Origin: Azolla caroliniana
Taxonomy: Eukaryota; Plantae; Polypodiophyta
Assembly: GCA_043228905.1 (NCBI GenBank)
Contig: JBHGNT010000003.1
Location: 22,940,001 to 23,004,000, forward strand
Reading direction: 5' to 3'
DNA: 64,000 bases
The notes under the pieces were generated by a model. It worked only from the letters and a program-made list of their open reading frames with translations, did no database searches and was not told the DNA's origin. Within the stretch, counting starts at the first letter, position 1; every line of letters starts with the position of its first letter. Shown here piece after piece: positions 13,991 to 27,000 of the stretch. A program made the translations under genes and the position numbers.

Positions 13991-14831
13991 TGAGGAGAAA
14001 TGGAATATCCTGGTGTAGTTAATCATGAGGGTGTGTGGTGGGTTGTTGTCACCTTCTCGGAAGCAACACCTTCGATTTAACCTTACAGTAATCGAATCAA
14101 GGGTCACTATGGTATGTGGTGGAGATCAGGGGAAGGAAGATTGCTTGGCAATCCGATTTCGTACCAAGAAATGATCAAAGTTGGTTAGCTATAAAACCCG
14201 ATCGTAATTCGAGAAGTTATTATTTAGACATGCACTTAAGACACAAACCAGATCTTACCCAAAATTAGATGTTTATTATGTAATACGGAACAATGATTAC
14301 ACGATGCAGGTATTCTATGTTCCTGAGTACTCTATTCTAACTCGGGCCTACTCTTCTCTCTTCTGTCCTTCCCCCTCTGTTACATTTCTGCTTAACGTTT
14401 TATAGTTTGCTTTCCCGCTTGGCGTGCTTCAGTCTTTATTCGTTTTGGTTCCATGTTTCACGGTTGCATTATCTTCGCCACCTTCCCAGTTACAGTTGCC
14501 TACTTCAACCACATTCAAATTCATTTTATACCCAAATTACCAATCTGTCCCACATACAACACCTGGTACACCCGTGGGACAGTGGCTTCGCACATCAAAC
14601 CCACCATAATCGGAAAAGATTCGCAAAATTTTTATGGTACACTCATTCCTTGGTCAAGATGTCGAGGATGCCTTTAGAGGTTGGGTGCACGGTTGTTTCC
14701 TCTGTCGTAGTTGCCGAGATAGCAAGTTCTGGCTCATTTTGTGGGGTTTTGGAATCGAATGATGCTGTGTGTGTGATTGTAATTGTTTTGGAAGAATTAT
14801 GATGAGTTTTTAATTTTAATTTTTTAGATAA

Positions 14832-15665
14832 TGTAAGCTGGGGTTTTGTGGCAAATGGCACCTCTACCAAGAGGCTGTCCAAAGGGTGGTGCTCACAACT
14901 GGAGGCATCAATCCTCCCAGTACCCATCATTCTTCTTCTTCCTCCTCTAATCCTCATCATAATCTGCATCCCCATTCCAAACTGATGATTAGCATGGAAA
15001 GGAATAATATATTCAACCATAATCACAACACCACCACGATTCTTATTAGCATTAATCATGCTAATCCCGACGCTAATCTCACCGCTAATGACAGCCTCCA
15101 TTGCGGCGATGCGATTCGGATGAGTATGTTACGCGCCCCCCGCATCTTGCAGATGCCTCCTCCATTTGCCCAACCATCACCATCCTTAGTCAACAGATCA
15201 AATGTAATTATTATGGGCCAAGCAGCTAATGGTGGTCACAAGATGAACACGGTGATCCAAGGATTGATTCAAGAAGCTCCGAATCATGCAACCCAATGCC
15301 ATCATGTTCATGATCATGATCACATTGATAAGAAGGTGATGATACTTCCTAATCCTGACCATAACCCTAACCCTCACCATAACTGTAATCCTAATCCTAA
15401 TCCGAATCATGATAACTGCATACAACCCTTATTGGATATTCATAATCCTAATAGCAGTCTGTGTAAAAGGTTAAAGCTCATCCAACCTGAAGATCATCCT
15501 GCACTCAATCTCAACATGCAGGTTATGCTTACTCATCACAATGATAATGATGATGATAATAACACTCTTACTAATCATCATCATCATCATCAAATTCATC
15601 GTCATCATGCCATGATCATGATCATGATCATAAGTTCTCCTTATCTCTCTCATCAACCCAGTTAA
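14832..15665 (+). CDS. His/Asn/Pro-rich low-complexity open frame, possibly an exon or pseudo-exon (LOB class II-like tail)
   Basis: Frame is open from 14832; GKWHLYQEAVQRVVLTTGGINP precedes low-complexity sequence; no clear upstream exon. Confidence 0.3.
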   Translation, partial: CKLGFCGKWHLYQEAVQRVVLTTGGINPPSTHHSSSSSSNPHHNLHPHSKLMISMERNNIFNHNHNTTTILISINHANPDANLTANDSLHCGDAIRMSMLRAPRILQMPPPFAQPSPSLVNRSNVIIMGQAANGGHKMNTVIQGLIQEAPNHATQCHHVHDHDHIDKKVMILPNPDHNPNPHHNCNPNPNPNHDNCIQPLLDIHNPNSSLCKRLKLIQPEDHPALNLNMQVMLTHHNDNDDDNNTLTNHHHHHQIHRHHAMIMIMIISSPYLSHQPS

Positions 15666-17465
15666 CCTCCGTTAAGCTCCTCAACCTTTTGGTTTAACAC
15701 CCTGTGAATCATAGGGGGGTAGGTAATTTGCATGAGTACTGACACCTGTGATCATTAATTAATCCCATTTATAGCTTCTTAGTAATTCTAATTGTGTGTT
15801 AATTAGTCATAGACTTATAGCTATGCAGTTCTTATGATCATACTATATTAATTAGCAGTCTTTAGCCATTTCCTGAGTCATTGTATTAATATAGTTTAGA
15901 CTTTCAATGTTTAGGGTTTAAACCCTAAACCGTAAACGAAATTAATTGTATTAATATAGTTTAGCCTTTTATTGTGTTAAACCCTAAACCTTAAACTATA
16001 TTAATTAGCAGTCTTTAACCATTTCATGAGTTCATTGTATTAATATAGTTTTAGCCTTTCAATGCTTTTCATTACACCTAGCAGCATTAGATTCATCATA
16101 TTTTAAGAACAAGTGTAATGAGGCATATTAATTAGCTGCATTAAACAATGAACCCAGCTAGCTCTGTAATGGCTCATTAATTACTCTCTTACCTCTCTGC
16201 ATGCAAATTGCTGCAATGAGATAGACCAGCTTTAATGTTTTTCTTTTGTAATGTAAAAGCCAGTCCAGATTTCGAACAAGCTTTTGTCTTCACAATTAAA
16301 TCTTTATAATTTTGCTGATTAGGATCGATTATTAGCAATATTGCCATGATACTTTAACCAGAATTGGATCTTTTGCTGTCACATAGTATTGCACTCCATT
16401 ATGTCCCCTTCATTATCACAATCTCTTTTCGTTTTTTTATAATGTCTCCTTAGTTATGGCAAATTACTCATTTTCCTTTTATTGCATTGCAAATTAGAGG
16501 CACTGCTATATGCACCGGGGGCATAATGTCTTCATGTTAATTATATAGTTAAATTCAGGATCACTATTTATATAATCAAACCATACAATTTTTTAAACTA
16601 AATTTGGAGTGAATTGTGGAGCCTTTTAAGCATTATACTTCCCCTTACTTGTTTTGGGAATTTAATTCTTTTGGGAATATGTGGATGTGAGGAAGATCAA
16701 AGGAGAGCAAATTAATGGACTACTGCCAGAAAAAAAAGAAACATACATGCATAAAATCATACAAAATACGCGCACAATTGTGTAACCTAGCGAGAGGTGG
16801 ATCGAGAGATATCGTTGTTCCACCCCTAATCTGCATCATCTGTTACGCCATTGTAGTGGTGTAGATAGCCAAGCTTGGATATGTGACTTTAAAGCTTTAG
16901 AGTATCATGTGTGAGTGAGTGTCATATCCCTTGTGTATTTGAGATACCTTAATAATAGTTCTTTTATATATGCTTTCTAATGGTTAACTCATGGATTCTC
17001 CATGAATCCTGATAGTAATCTAGTGGCAAAGGGTACTACCATTTGAGTGAGTTGATTCAGAGGCATTGAATGCTCCCCAACACTTGTTGATATGGGATAT
17101 TCGTCATACATTAAGTTTCATTATCTATGTGGCGAATCATAGGACGATATTATGCATGGTACCTAAGGGGAGAACATTCAATCATATTGATCTTGGTTAG
17201 GAGCTTAGTATATTGTTAATAAAACTTTGTTTTGATAGAGAGAGTGTTCCTAAAGTTCGATTCCTTTCACAAGTTGTATCCAAAGAAAATGTTCTTAATA
17301 GGGAATTATTGTCGTAATTTGGCAATAAATTTGATGGCTTCCTCTTTAGATGTGTTAGCAATACGAAGATCATCCACATAAACTCCTACGAATAGGAGCT
17401 TTGTCTCTATTTTCCTCATCTATAGATTAGGTTCCAATTGATGTTGTTGAAAGTTGGCTCATAGG

Positions 17466-17733
17466 AGGAACTTGTGAAGCTTGGTATACCATTGTATAGG
17501 AGTTTGTTTAATAATTATCGCCTTCAATGGTCGTTGCAAGTATGGATATATTTGACTCGGTCTCCAAGACGAAGGAACATGTTGGTTTCTCAAGCGCCTA
17601 GGAACTTGTGAAGCTTGGTATACCATTGTATAGGAGTTTGTTTAATAATTATCGCCTTCAATGGTCGTTGCAAGTATGGATATATTTGACTCGGTCTCCA
17701 AGACAAAGGAACATGTTGGTTTCTCAAGCACCT
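17466..17733. repeat. Tandem duplication, 134 bp x2
   Basis: AGGAACTTGTGAAGCTTGG starts at 17466 and 17600; near-identical copies. Confidence 0.9.
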
Positions 17734-20208
17734 CATCCATAATTGCATCATAAACATCACTAAGTGACGTTATTTATGTTCAGATTCTTGCCCTAGCTTA
17801 TTTGTAGTTTTTTTTGTTGTTGTGGAGGAGGTGCAAGGCTACAAGAGATCATCAGCCATATGCTTATCTTCAAGGATTCGAACAACACATTAGATAGATG
17901 GTTGATCACCAAGTTTGAGACTTTGAGCAACATTGATCAAGTAATCGATCAATCAATCAATCAAAATCATAAGTTAGCTCATTTAGGAAGTATCTTATCT
18001 CTCAAGATTGAAGTCGAGGGTTTGAGGTAGAGTTTGTCAATGATAAGGCATCATCATTATGATCGACTTGTTCAGATATCAAGCTCAACTAGGTTTAGTT
18101 AGTTAACCATGTAACTTAATATAGGACTTACACCCTTGTACCTATATTCTCCTTACACATGTGCAACTTTTCACATAAGATCTATATATACCTCATTGCG
18201 GGTATTTTTGTATTTGGTGATGCTTATGAATATAGAGGAAAGGTCTTTATCTACACACTTGCCAATCATCCCCTATTTATATTATTCGTTCATAAGTGTA
18301 ACTTCTTCTATCTCTTCCTCTAACACACGTATCACACAACCTTTCACTGCTTAACTACTCACATAATTAGTTATTAATTAACCCTTAGTGAATTACCTAA
18401 TGATTAACATGGTATTAGAGCTTGTGGTTTAGTATATCTATTAAGCCCACCCGATTCGTAGTGGTTGTGTGTTCGAGATGCCGACGACAAATCCGGCTAT
18501 ATGCTACTGTAGTACCACTACATAGCATGTGTACGTGACCGTAGGAAGAAAAGCCATAAAGGAAGACACTACATCAACATGAACACACAAATGGGTAGCT
18601 CACTCCCAAGTGAAAAGCTAGACCGGAGCAATTATTCATCTTGGGAGTATAAGATGAACAAATATCTAGTCGGCCAAGGGTATTAGAGCTACATCAACAG
18701 TGCACTCGAAAACAAACCCGAAATCACAAACGTCAACAACCCAACATGGGAGCAAAGAGCAAGTCGGGTAATGTATTGCTTGGCAACATGTGCCCACAAT
18801 CACATGCTTTGCCATATTCGAGACGCCAAGATCTCGAAAGAGGTGTGGAAGAACTTGAGGAAGATGTTTGCCGCCAACATGACCACCCACAAGCTTCAAC
18901 TATGACAAGAGTTGAACAACATTCAACAAAAAGATATGCCCATGTCGGACTACACCACCAAGATCAAGAGAATTTGTGAATCGCTTGGCTCCATCAACAT
19001 AAATGTTGATGAAGCCAAGATTCTTCAAGTATGCTTGGGTGACCTTGGACAACAATTCGACCCGTTAAGGACGGCAATCTTAGCAAGGGAAAGCGTTCTT
19101 TCGGTCTTTGAACTTCAATCAATGTTATTGGTTGAAGAGACCCGTGTCTGAACCAAGAGCAAGATGTCAGAAGGATAGATGTTCTTCTAAAATCCGGATG
19201 GTGACCGAGAACGAGATTGCAACGGCAGAAGAGGGCGATTTAGCCCATCTCATGAAGGGAACACAAACTTTCGGCTAGACGACGGAAGCCATCGAGGAGC
19301 TTCGGAAGAAGGGGGAGCTTCCAAGACAAACAAGGTCGGAAAATATGGCCCATTACATGCAATCATTGTGGGAAGATCGACCATCGCAAAGAGGAGTGTT
19401 GAAAAAGAAGAAACGAGTCGTCTTCCACAAGTCGACAACTCATAAACTACACCACCAACATCGAATACGATGACTATGGTGGACTATTCATAACAAGACA
19501 TAGAGCGAACACTATATCAGCCTCCGACTCCACAAGCACCTCCAACTCGGAAGACGTGTGGTTTGTGGACTCTAGTGCCTCACATCATATAATGTCACAT
19601 CAAGAGTGGTTTCGTGACTTAAGAATGCCAGATTGACCCAGCTTAATAGAAATGGTAGATGACACAACACATCCCAATCGGAAAATCATCAATGTCCCAT
19701 TCAGGAAAGAAGGCAAACAAACTTGCATCAAGAATGCCTTGCATGTACCGACAATAACAAAGAATTTGGTCTAGGTCGGCCAAATCGTGGAGCAAGGCAT
19801 GCAAGTTCGCTTCAACAACGAAGGATGCTTCATCGAGAAAGATGACTGACTCATACCTAGGGGACAAAGAGATGATGAAATATTCATTCTCGATTTGAAT
19901 GAGGTGAAATCAGCCATGTATGCCAAAGGTCTCAAAACCAAGATGAACATCAAGTTATGGCACAAGAGAATTGACCACATCAACCTTCAATGGCTTCGAG
20001 TGATGTAATCAAAGGGAGTCGTCATTGGACTTCCGACCTTCAAGTCGAAATGAGTCGATCGAGTTTGAGAAGCTTGTCAACTTAGCAAACAACATCGACT
20101 TCCATTCCCAAAGGAGAGCTACGTAAGCAAAGGCCTCCTCGATGTCATACACTCGAATGTATGGGGATCGGCTCAAACATCGGTGATCGAAGGATGTCAG
20201 TACTACGT

Positions 20209-21346
20209 TGTCGTGAAGTATGAAAGCTTCACATTAAAAGTCTACAATAAGATAAATACGTAATGAAAATAACATTTGATAATGTTTTATATATAAAGAT
20301 AATATTAACAACACATATGATAATATTATATATATGTAAAGAAAAATAATATATATATATAGATAAATATATTGTATTACACAAATAAGAGAGGACTTGA
20401 ACCAATAACCCCACCCTATGACTCTCAAATCTTACCATTTACTCTATACTAGTAATATACATAAAATAAAGCATACTTTATATATACTTTATATTACATA
20501 AAGGATTTGCTTCATGATATAAGAATAAAGTTGTATGTTGTATTCAATAGTATTTTGAGATTCAAACCCACAACCTCATATACCAAAGTCGACACACCTA
20601 CCATTAGGCTAGGCCCTTTCTCTTTAAGATTATATTTTCATGTTTATTGTTATTGCATATATTGTTTCATACATAAAAGCTCAAATGAGCGAGATGTTTA
20701 TCATGCATCACATGTAATGCATGAACGCCAAATGGCGATCATGCATCACATGCATTTCATGCACTACATGCATGACTTGTACCCTCCAATGCATCATATG
20801 CATGGGGGCACCTATTTAAATGGTGAAAGAGAAGATCAAAGGGGGATATGTATGAGATATCAATCAAATTATGTATTTCATAAGAGATACCATAAAAATA
20901 GAGAAAGAAGGGAAGAAGTTTAACATAAACGTGGAGCTCTAGCTTGGCGGTCGTGGTGATCAACTCTCAACAAGAGGGAGGTGGTTCGAGCCTTATCTTC
21001 ATCAAAATATTGAAGTGAAGATTGTAATGGTCTATGATCAAGAAAGAGAAGAGCGATTACCTTGCAAGACAAAGTTTGAAGGTTCAACGATGTGCACAAT
21101 CATTTTGTAACTCTTTCATGAAAATGATTATAAATTTCATACACTTTCTCATATATTATTTTATATCTTATCTTGTCTTATCTTATATTCCTTAAAAATC
21201 CTATTTTGTCATAACTTATTGATCTCTATTCACTCTATCTCTACTCTTTCGTCTCTTCCGTCCATAATCCCAATGATTCCTTCCTCACTTTCACGTTATC
21301 CTTTGTGTGCGCAACGCTACGCTTCTAGGCGAGCCACGCCACGACA
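20209..21346 (+). mobile_element. Solo LTR (1138 bp) inserted in copia integrase
   Basis: Termini TGTCGTG...CACGACA; ACGT on both sides; splits the GCQYYV|VTFIND motif; orientation inferred from TATTTAAA near 20813. Confidence 0.85.
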
Positions 21347-22636
21347 ACGTTGTCACCTTCATCAATGACTACTCACGCTACCCATGGATCTTCCCGATAA
21401 AGAAGAAGAGCGAAGTGCTCTCACACTTCCAAAAGCTCAAGGGCCAAGTCGAAAAAGAAACTTGTCGGTACATTCGATACCCACGATCGGATGGAGGAAA
21501 GGATTACTTCTCTGAAGAATTCATCTCCTACCTCCAAGGTGAAGGCATACGGTGTCGTGCCTTTCGGCTCCGGATCGTTTGCGTGAGTCGGGTGGGAACC
21601 ACCGGGGTTTTGGACTAGGAGAAAGAAGAATATGAGATGAGGCTAGTAATGAATAGATTATTAGAAAGAGAGATAGAAATTTCGTGAATCCCACGAGTGT
21701 ATTGTATTCGATTAATCAATATTTAGATAAGAATGTGTATTTAGATTGAAAGAAAGATATAAGAAACTTGTGAATCCCACAAGTATAGATTATATTATTT
21801 TCGTGAATCCCACGATTATATTAATCGGTTGGTGTTTTCGGAAATATATCCAATTTCCAAATATTTCACACACTATTACATTGTGCTCCCCATCCTTATG
21901 TAGTGATGGGAGAGACTAAGCATAGCTACATGCTTTTTTTTCTAATATGTTCATGCACACTAAATATGCATGTGATGCTTTTCTAATCCTTGCTTTTATT
22001 TGCTAAATATAGTGCTCATGCACGCTAGATGTGCACGAGTCACTTTTTAGTTGCTTGCGTTTTTTCTATAAAATATTCACACACTCTAAAAATGCACGAT
22101 TTACCTTTTAATAAAGGTAGGCGCAAATAAAGCACTTATAGTTATTAAATCTATTTATAAAACACTAAAGATAAGGTAGCATAATGGTAAAGTTGAGGTT
22201 TGGCTACGTGGAGGTACAAGGTTCGAATCTTGCCCTATGCACGTGATAAATATCTTGATTTTCTTATTTTATTTATTTATATGTAATTAAATCGGTTATA
22301 TTATTTTTACTTTTTCACGTAGTGTACGAAATACACTACGACACTCGCCCCCTCCGAACCCGCACATCCTCCGGTATGTGCCGAAGTTGCCGATGCTCGT
22401 TGTCTCCCTTCATCCTCCGTTTGTCCCGCTATGTCAACTTTGTCTCTCCATTTTGAGTAGACCCATTCTTTCCACCCGAACCATTGTCGCCATCCGATCC
22501 ACCATATTCTTTGTTCTCTCTCGTCATATTCTTGGCCCTTGTCATTCGTGGTAGTGTCTTTTACTGGCCTCTTTGTTGTCTTCATCAACCTTGACTTTTT
22601 TCCGGATCGCTCTCGTCCGATCGACTTTTGGTTTGA

Positions 22637-24064
22637 TCAGCTTCCGATCGGATTCGTATTCGGCCGAATCGGAATCGGTTGTTCGGTTTTGATTGAGTCG
22701 GTCTCCTTCCGGCCCGGTTTCGATCTATCGGTTTTGGTTTCGGTTGGCTTTCTTTTCCTCGTTTTCACCAGCCTCGACCGGTCCAACCTTCGGTTGAGTC
22801 GGATTAGCTTCTTTCCGGATCGGTCTCGTCCGATCGGCTTTCGGCTAGGTCGGCTTCCATCCATATTCGCGTTCGGCCAAGTCAGACTCAGTCGATCAGT
22901 TTTGACCGAGTCGACCCCTTTTCGGGTCGGCTTTCTTTCGGGTCGTCTTTCGGCCGAATCCTCATTCGCCCAGTTCGGCTTTCGTTTGTGTCGTCTTTCA
23001 GCCGAATTCTCTTCCTTTCGGTTCGGCTTTCTTTCGGGTCGACTTTTGGTCGAATCCTCTTTTACCCGGTTTGGCTTTCTTTCGGATCGGAATCCCGTCC
23101 GGATCACCTTCCATCCTAACTGGCTTCCGACTTTACCTTTCTTGCCGCCACCTCCCGTCTCTCCGGTCTCACGTTGGTTCTCGGACACAACTGCCGAAGT
23201 CTCTAGAATTAGTGGGTAGGAATCCTCGGTATTATCATCCTCCATTGTTTCACCCATAGCCATATTCTCGGCTATCTCTCCATCGTATGCATCGGCTTCG
23301 ACCTTCGTTTCGTTGCCGCCACTTTCCTTATCTTCGGTGTTATGTCGACACCCGGGCTCCAGTACCGAAGTCTCCGAAACAATGGTGAAGGAATCCCTTC
23401 GTTCGTGCTCATTTACTTTGTCTTCCTCGTTGCCCTTCCGGTCCTCCACTTTTCCACCGACACATTCCGTCTCTCCGGTCTCACGTTGGTGCACGGGCAC
23501 AGCCGCCGAAGTCTCTGGAACCGGTGTGGGGATACCCTTTCGTCCTCGATCTTCCTCCTCCTCGTCCTTTGTTGGCCTCGACTTTGGTTCGGTTTTAAGC
23601 TCCCCTTCAATGTCGACTTGCGACTTTTCATGCATCTCCGAACCCTTCCGCATCAAGCTCTCCTTCGGTGGTAGTCGGTGGCCGCTTTTCACCCACTGTT
23701 GACCGCCGTTCGTGGACCATGTCCTCGTCCGCTTCGGTCTTAGATAGTCATATGTGTCTCGTATAGCTTCTTCAAAGGACTCCCACATCGGGCTTTGTTG
23801 TCGTATCTCGTGGATTCTCTCTTGAAGCTCATCCGTAGCCACCCGGTTGAAAGATAACACTTGCAATCTTTCTGAGATACCATATCGCAACATCTCCATT
23901 TTGTAGTCACGTAGATAGCGTGACACGTCCTTTCCATCGAATTGCCCGTTCTGTTGCACGAGCCGTTGTACTACTGTCGTGATCTCCGACATCTCGCGTT
24001 GTTCTTGTAGCATTCTCTCGAACATCATCATCATCATGTTCATCGCCTCTTGTTGATTCTCCAT
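22637..24064 (-). CDS. gag: Ty3/gypsy-type Gag (~475 aa) with long charged low-complexity tail
   Basis: First ATG after the PBS; FDGKDVSRYLRDY...WESFEEAIRDTY capsid-like motif; upstream part of the listed ORF lies in the LTR. Confidence 0.75.
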   Translation of the reverse strand: MENQQEAMNMMMMMFERMLQEQREMSEITTVVQRLVQQNGQFDGKDVSRYLRDYKMEMLRYGISERLQVLSFNRVATDELQERIHEIRQQSPMWESFEEAIRDTYDYLRPKRTRTWSTNGGQQWVKSGHRLPPKESLMRKGSEMHEKSQVDIEGELKTEPKSRPTKDEEEEDRGRKGIPTPVPETSAAVPVHQRETGETECVGGKVEDRKGNEEDKVNEHERRDSFTIVSETSVLEPGCRHNTEDKESGGNETKVEADAYDGEIAENMAMGETMEDDNTEDSYPLILETSAVVSENQRETGETGGGGKKGKVGSQLGWKVIRTGFRSERKPNRVKEDSTKSRPERKPNRKEENSAERRHKRKPNWANEDSAERRPERKPTRKGVDSVKTDRLSLTWPNANMDGSRPSRKPIGRDRSGKKLIRLNRRLDRSRLVKTRKRKPTETKTDRSKPGRKETDSIKTEQPIPIRPNTNPIGS

Positions 24065-24080
24065 CTCCTTGCCACCCGCC

Positions 24081-24098
24081 TTCACGTCGGGTTCACCA
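24081..24098 (-). promoter_or_regulatory. Primer-binding site for tRNA-Trp
   Basis: TGGTGAACCCGACGTGAA is complementary to the plant cytosolic tRNA-Trp 3' end as recalled (..TTCACGTCGGGTTCACCA). Confidence 0.8.
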
Positions 24099-27000
24099 AC
24101 TGTGTCGTGCCTTTCGGCTCCGGATCGTTTGCGTGAGTCGGGTGGGAACCACCGGGGTTTTGGACTAGGAGAAAGAAGAATATGAGATGAGGCTAGTAAT
24201 GAATAGATTATTAGAAAGAGAGATAGAAATTTCGTGAATCCCACGAGTGTATTGTATTCGATTAATCAATATTTAGATAAGAATGTGTATTTAGATTGAA
24301 AGAAAGATATAAGAAACTTGTGAATCCCACAAGTATAGATTATATTATTTTCGTGAATCCCACGATTATATTAATCGGTTGGTGTTTTCGGAAATATATC
24401 CAATTTCCAAATATTTCACACACTATTACATTGTGCTCCCCATCCTTATGTAGTGATGGGAGAGACTAAGCATAGCTACATGCTTTTTTTTCTAATATGT
24501 TCATGCACACTAAATATGCATGTGATGCTTTTCTAATCCTTGCTTTTATTTGCTAAATATAGTGCTCATGCACGCTAGATGTGCACGAGTCACTTTTTAG
24601 TTGCTTGCGTTTTTTCTATAAAATATTCACACACTCTAAAAATGCACGATTTACCTTTTAATAAAGGTAGGCGCAAATAAAGCACTTATAGTTATTAAAT
24701 CTATTTATAAAACACTAAAGATAAGGTAGCATAATGGTAAAGTTGAGGTTTGGCTACGTGGATGTACAAGGTTCGAATCTTGCCCTATGCACGTGATAAA
24801 TATCTTGATTTTCTTATTTTATTTATTTATATGTAATTAAATCGGTTATATTATTTTTACTTTTTCACGTAGTGTACGAAATACACTACGACAACGGAGA
24901 TAATTCTCGGGCCGACATACACCCCAACAAAATGGAGTCGCCGAAAGGAAGAATCAGCACATAGTCGAGGTAACACGCGCCATGATGCATGAGAAGCACA
25001 TGCAGAACTTCTATTGGGTCGAAGCGGCATCCACGACCGTCTATGTCATGAATCAATGCACCGCTAATGGAGAACACGAGCTAACTCCATATGAAATCCT
25101 TGTTGGAAGGAAGCTGATCTTGTCGCATCAGTGTTCAGAACCATTGTGAATGTACGCATCCCAAACGAAAACCGACAAAAGCTCGACGCGAAGTCAGAGA
25201 AATGTATCCTCGTAGGATACTCGTCCAATGAAAAGGCATACAAGTGCTTCAACCCTTTGACTCGAGGTTCGGGTGAGTCGAGACGTAGTTTTCGACAAAT
25301 CGGCATCATGGTATGTACTCGATTAGACTTCATTCGAACCGACTCAAGAACAATTGGTTGTCAACTCGGATGACGATATTCGGCAAAGTTCTTTACCAAA
25401 GGACAATCCAAGCGCAACGGAGCAAAGTGGACCACATGACCCTACAAGAGACAAAAGCACATCGTGGACAAGTCTGAAATCAGACAAGGGCAAAGGTAAG
25501 ATGCCCGAATACGAAGTCAATCGTCCCGACGAAAGTGATTCAGATGTGTCGGCTCACTCACTAGATAGTGAGTTTGGTGTACCCATTATGCGGACACCCG
25601 GAGTACAAAAGGCACTCATGTCGGCAAACGAAAAACTTCGATGCTCATCTAGAGACAAGAACCCAGTCAATCAGTTCGGCTACAACGTGTATATGGCCCG
25701 TCACTATGCCTTCGCGATGAAGGGGTTGGCCAAACAAGATCCAAAAAGCTTTACGAAAGCGGATCGTGACCACCGAGGGATGGAAAGAATGGATGACGAG
25801 ATGCAAGCACTCAGCCTTCGACCATTCAATGTTATAAGCCTTCGTCACATGCTTGAGGAGGAGGAACCGAAACTACCATGGAAATGTCGATGCTGAAAGC
25901 CGAACAAAAGCCGACATCAAAAGTCGGACAATGTTGAACGCCAAACCGGATGTTGGACGCCTCAAACTTAAGCTTGAGGGGGCGTGTTGAGATATCAAGC
26001 TCAACTAGGTTTAGTTAGTTAGTTAACCATGTAACTTAGTAGTTAGGTAACTAGAATCTAGTTAGAATTGTTGACCATAAATCCTTAAATAGGATTTTGT
26101 ACTTAAGTGGGATACATTCTAGATCCTCCACTCCTAAGTACATTTAATGTAGGACTTACACCCTTGTACCTATATTCTCCTCACACATGTGTACCCTTGC
26201 ATATCAGCTCTATATATACCTCATTGCGAGTATTTTTGTATTTGATGATGCTTATTAATATAGAGGAAAGGTCTTTAGCTACACTCTTGTTAATCATCCC
26301 CCATTTATATTATTCGTTCATAAGTGTAACTTCCTCTCTCTCTTCCTCTCACACACATATCACATAATCTTCCACGCATAACTACTCACATAATTGGTTA
26401 CTAATTAACTCTTAGTTCATTACCTAATTATTAACACACCTATTGTAACCTTGATAAAATCTTGTGTAAATTTAATATAATAGAGGTTATTTTTATCATA
26501 TATTATTTGCTTCTTCAATCATACACTATATCCATCTCTTGTCCATGCTCATCTCTCCCACTTTTCGCTATGGGCTCTCCTCCTACAAAACCTCAATGGT
26601 TCGACACATTGATCATGAACTTGATGACTATATTGTTATTAGATCTCTCTCTCTTTCTCTCTCACTCTCTACAATGGAAATTGAAGTGATTAACATAGGA
26701 TTAGATTAACTACACTCGATAAATACAACAAACACTTGACTAAGACCTAAAAGCACATGGTTATAGTAAAAATCCTTTTATATAAAAGGGTTCACCAAAT
26801 AGTTCCTCAATTAAAAAGGTTTTCAACAAAATGACCATTTAGGGTATTTTTACAAGAAGTTAACGAAAATGATATTGTTGAGCTTCGGTGAGGATCCAAG
26901 TTTAGTGGTGTCACAAAGGTGCCTCACATATGATAAACAACAATGATATCTTTTGTTGATATATTGTCCTCGAGCCACTTTATACTTCCTTGACCAATAG

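Larger units (their letters stand above)
21553..24893 (-). mobile_element. Young gag-only non-autonomous LTR element (TR-GAG-like)
   Basis: 791-bp LTRs 21553-22343 and 24103-24893 with one mismatch seen; TSD ACGG; PPT GGAGGGGGCGAG 22344-22355; no pol. Confidence 0.93.
18069..26436 (+). mobile_element. Degenerate Ty1/copia element lacking RT/RNase H, hosting two nested insertions
   Basis: 5' LTR 18069-18409; PBS TGGTATTAGAGC 18410-18421; gag/PR/INT with stops; PPT TGAGGGGGCG ending 25984; 3' LTR 25985-26436 (~110 bp longer); flanks CGACT/CACCT do not match exactly. Confidence 0.92.

Noticed and set aside
15905-15995. Telomere array
   Set aside because: Only isolated TTTAGGG/CCCTAAA units
22170-22240. 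Functional tRNA genes in LTRs (also 44841, 20390-20611, 54722)
   Set aside because: A and B boxes are present but acceptor and anticodon stems do not pair convincingly; treated as promoter-like cassettes
22539-23702. Plus-strand ORFs (226, 129, 110 aa) as env-like or antisense genes
   Set aside because: Complement of the repetitive purine-rich gag tail; hydrophobicity follows from composition
24065-24244. Signal-peptide-like N-terminus on the 535-aa ORF
   Set aside because: Lies in the LTR/PBS and has a non-ATG start; the likely start is ATG 24064
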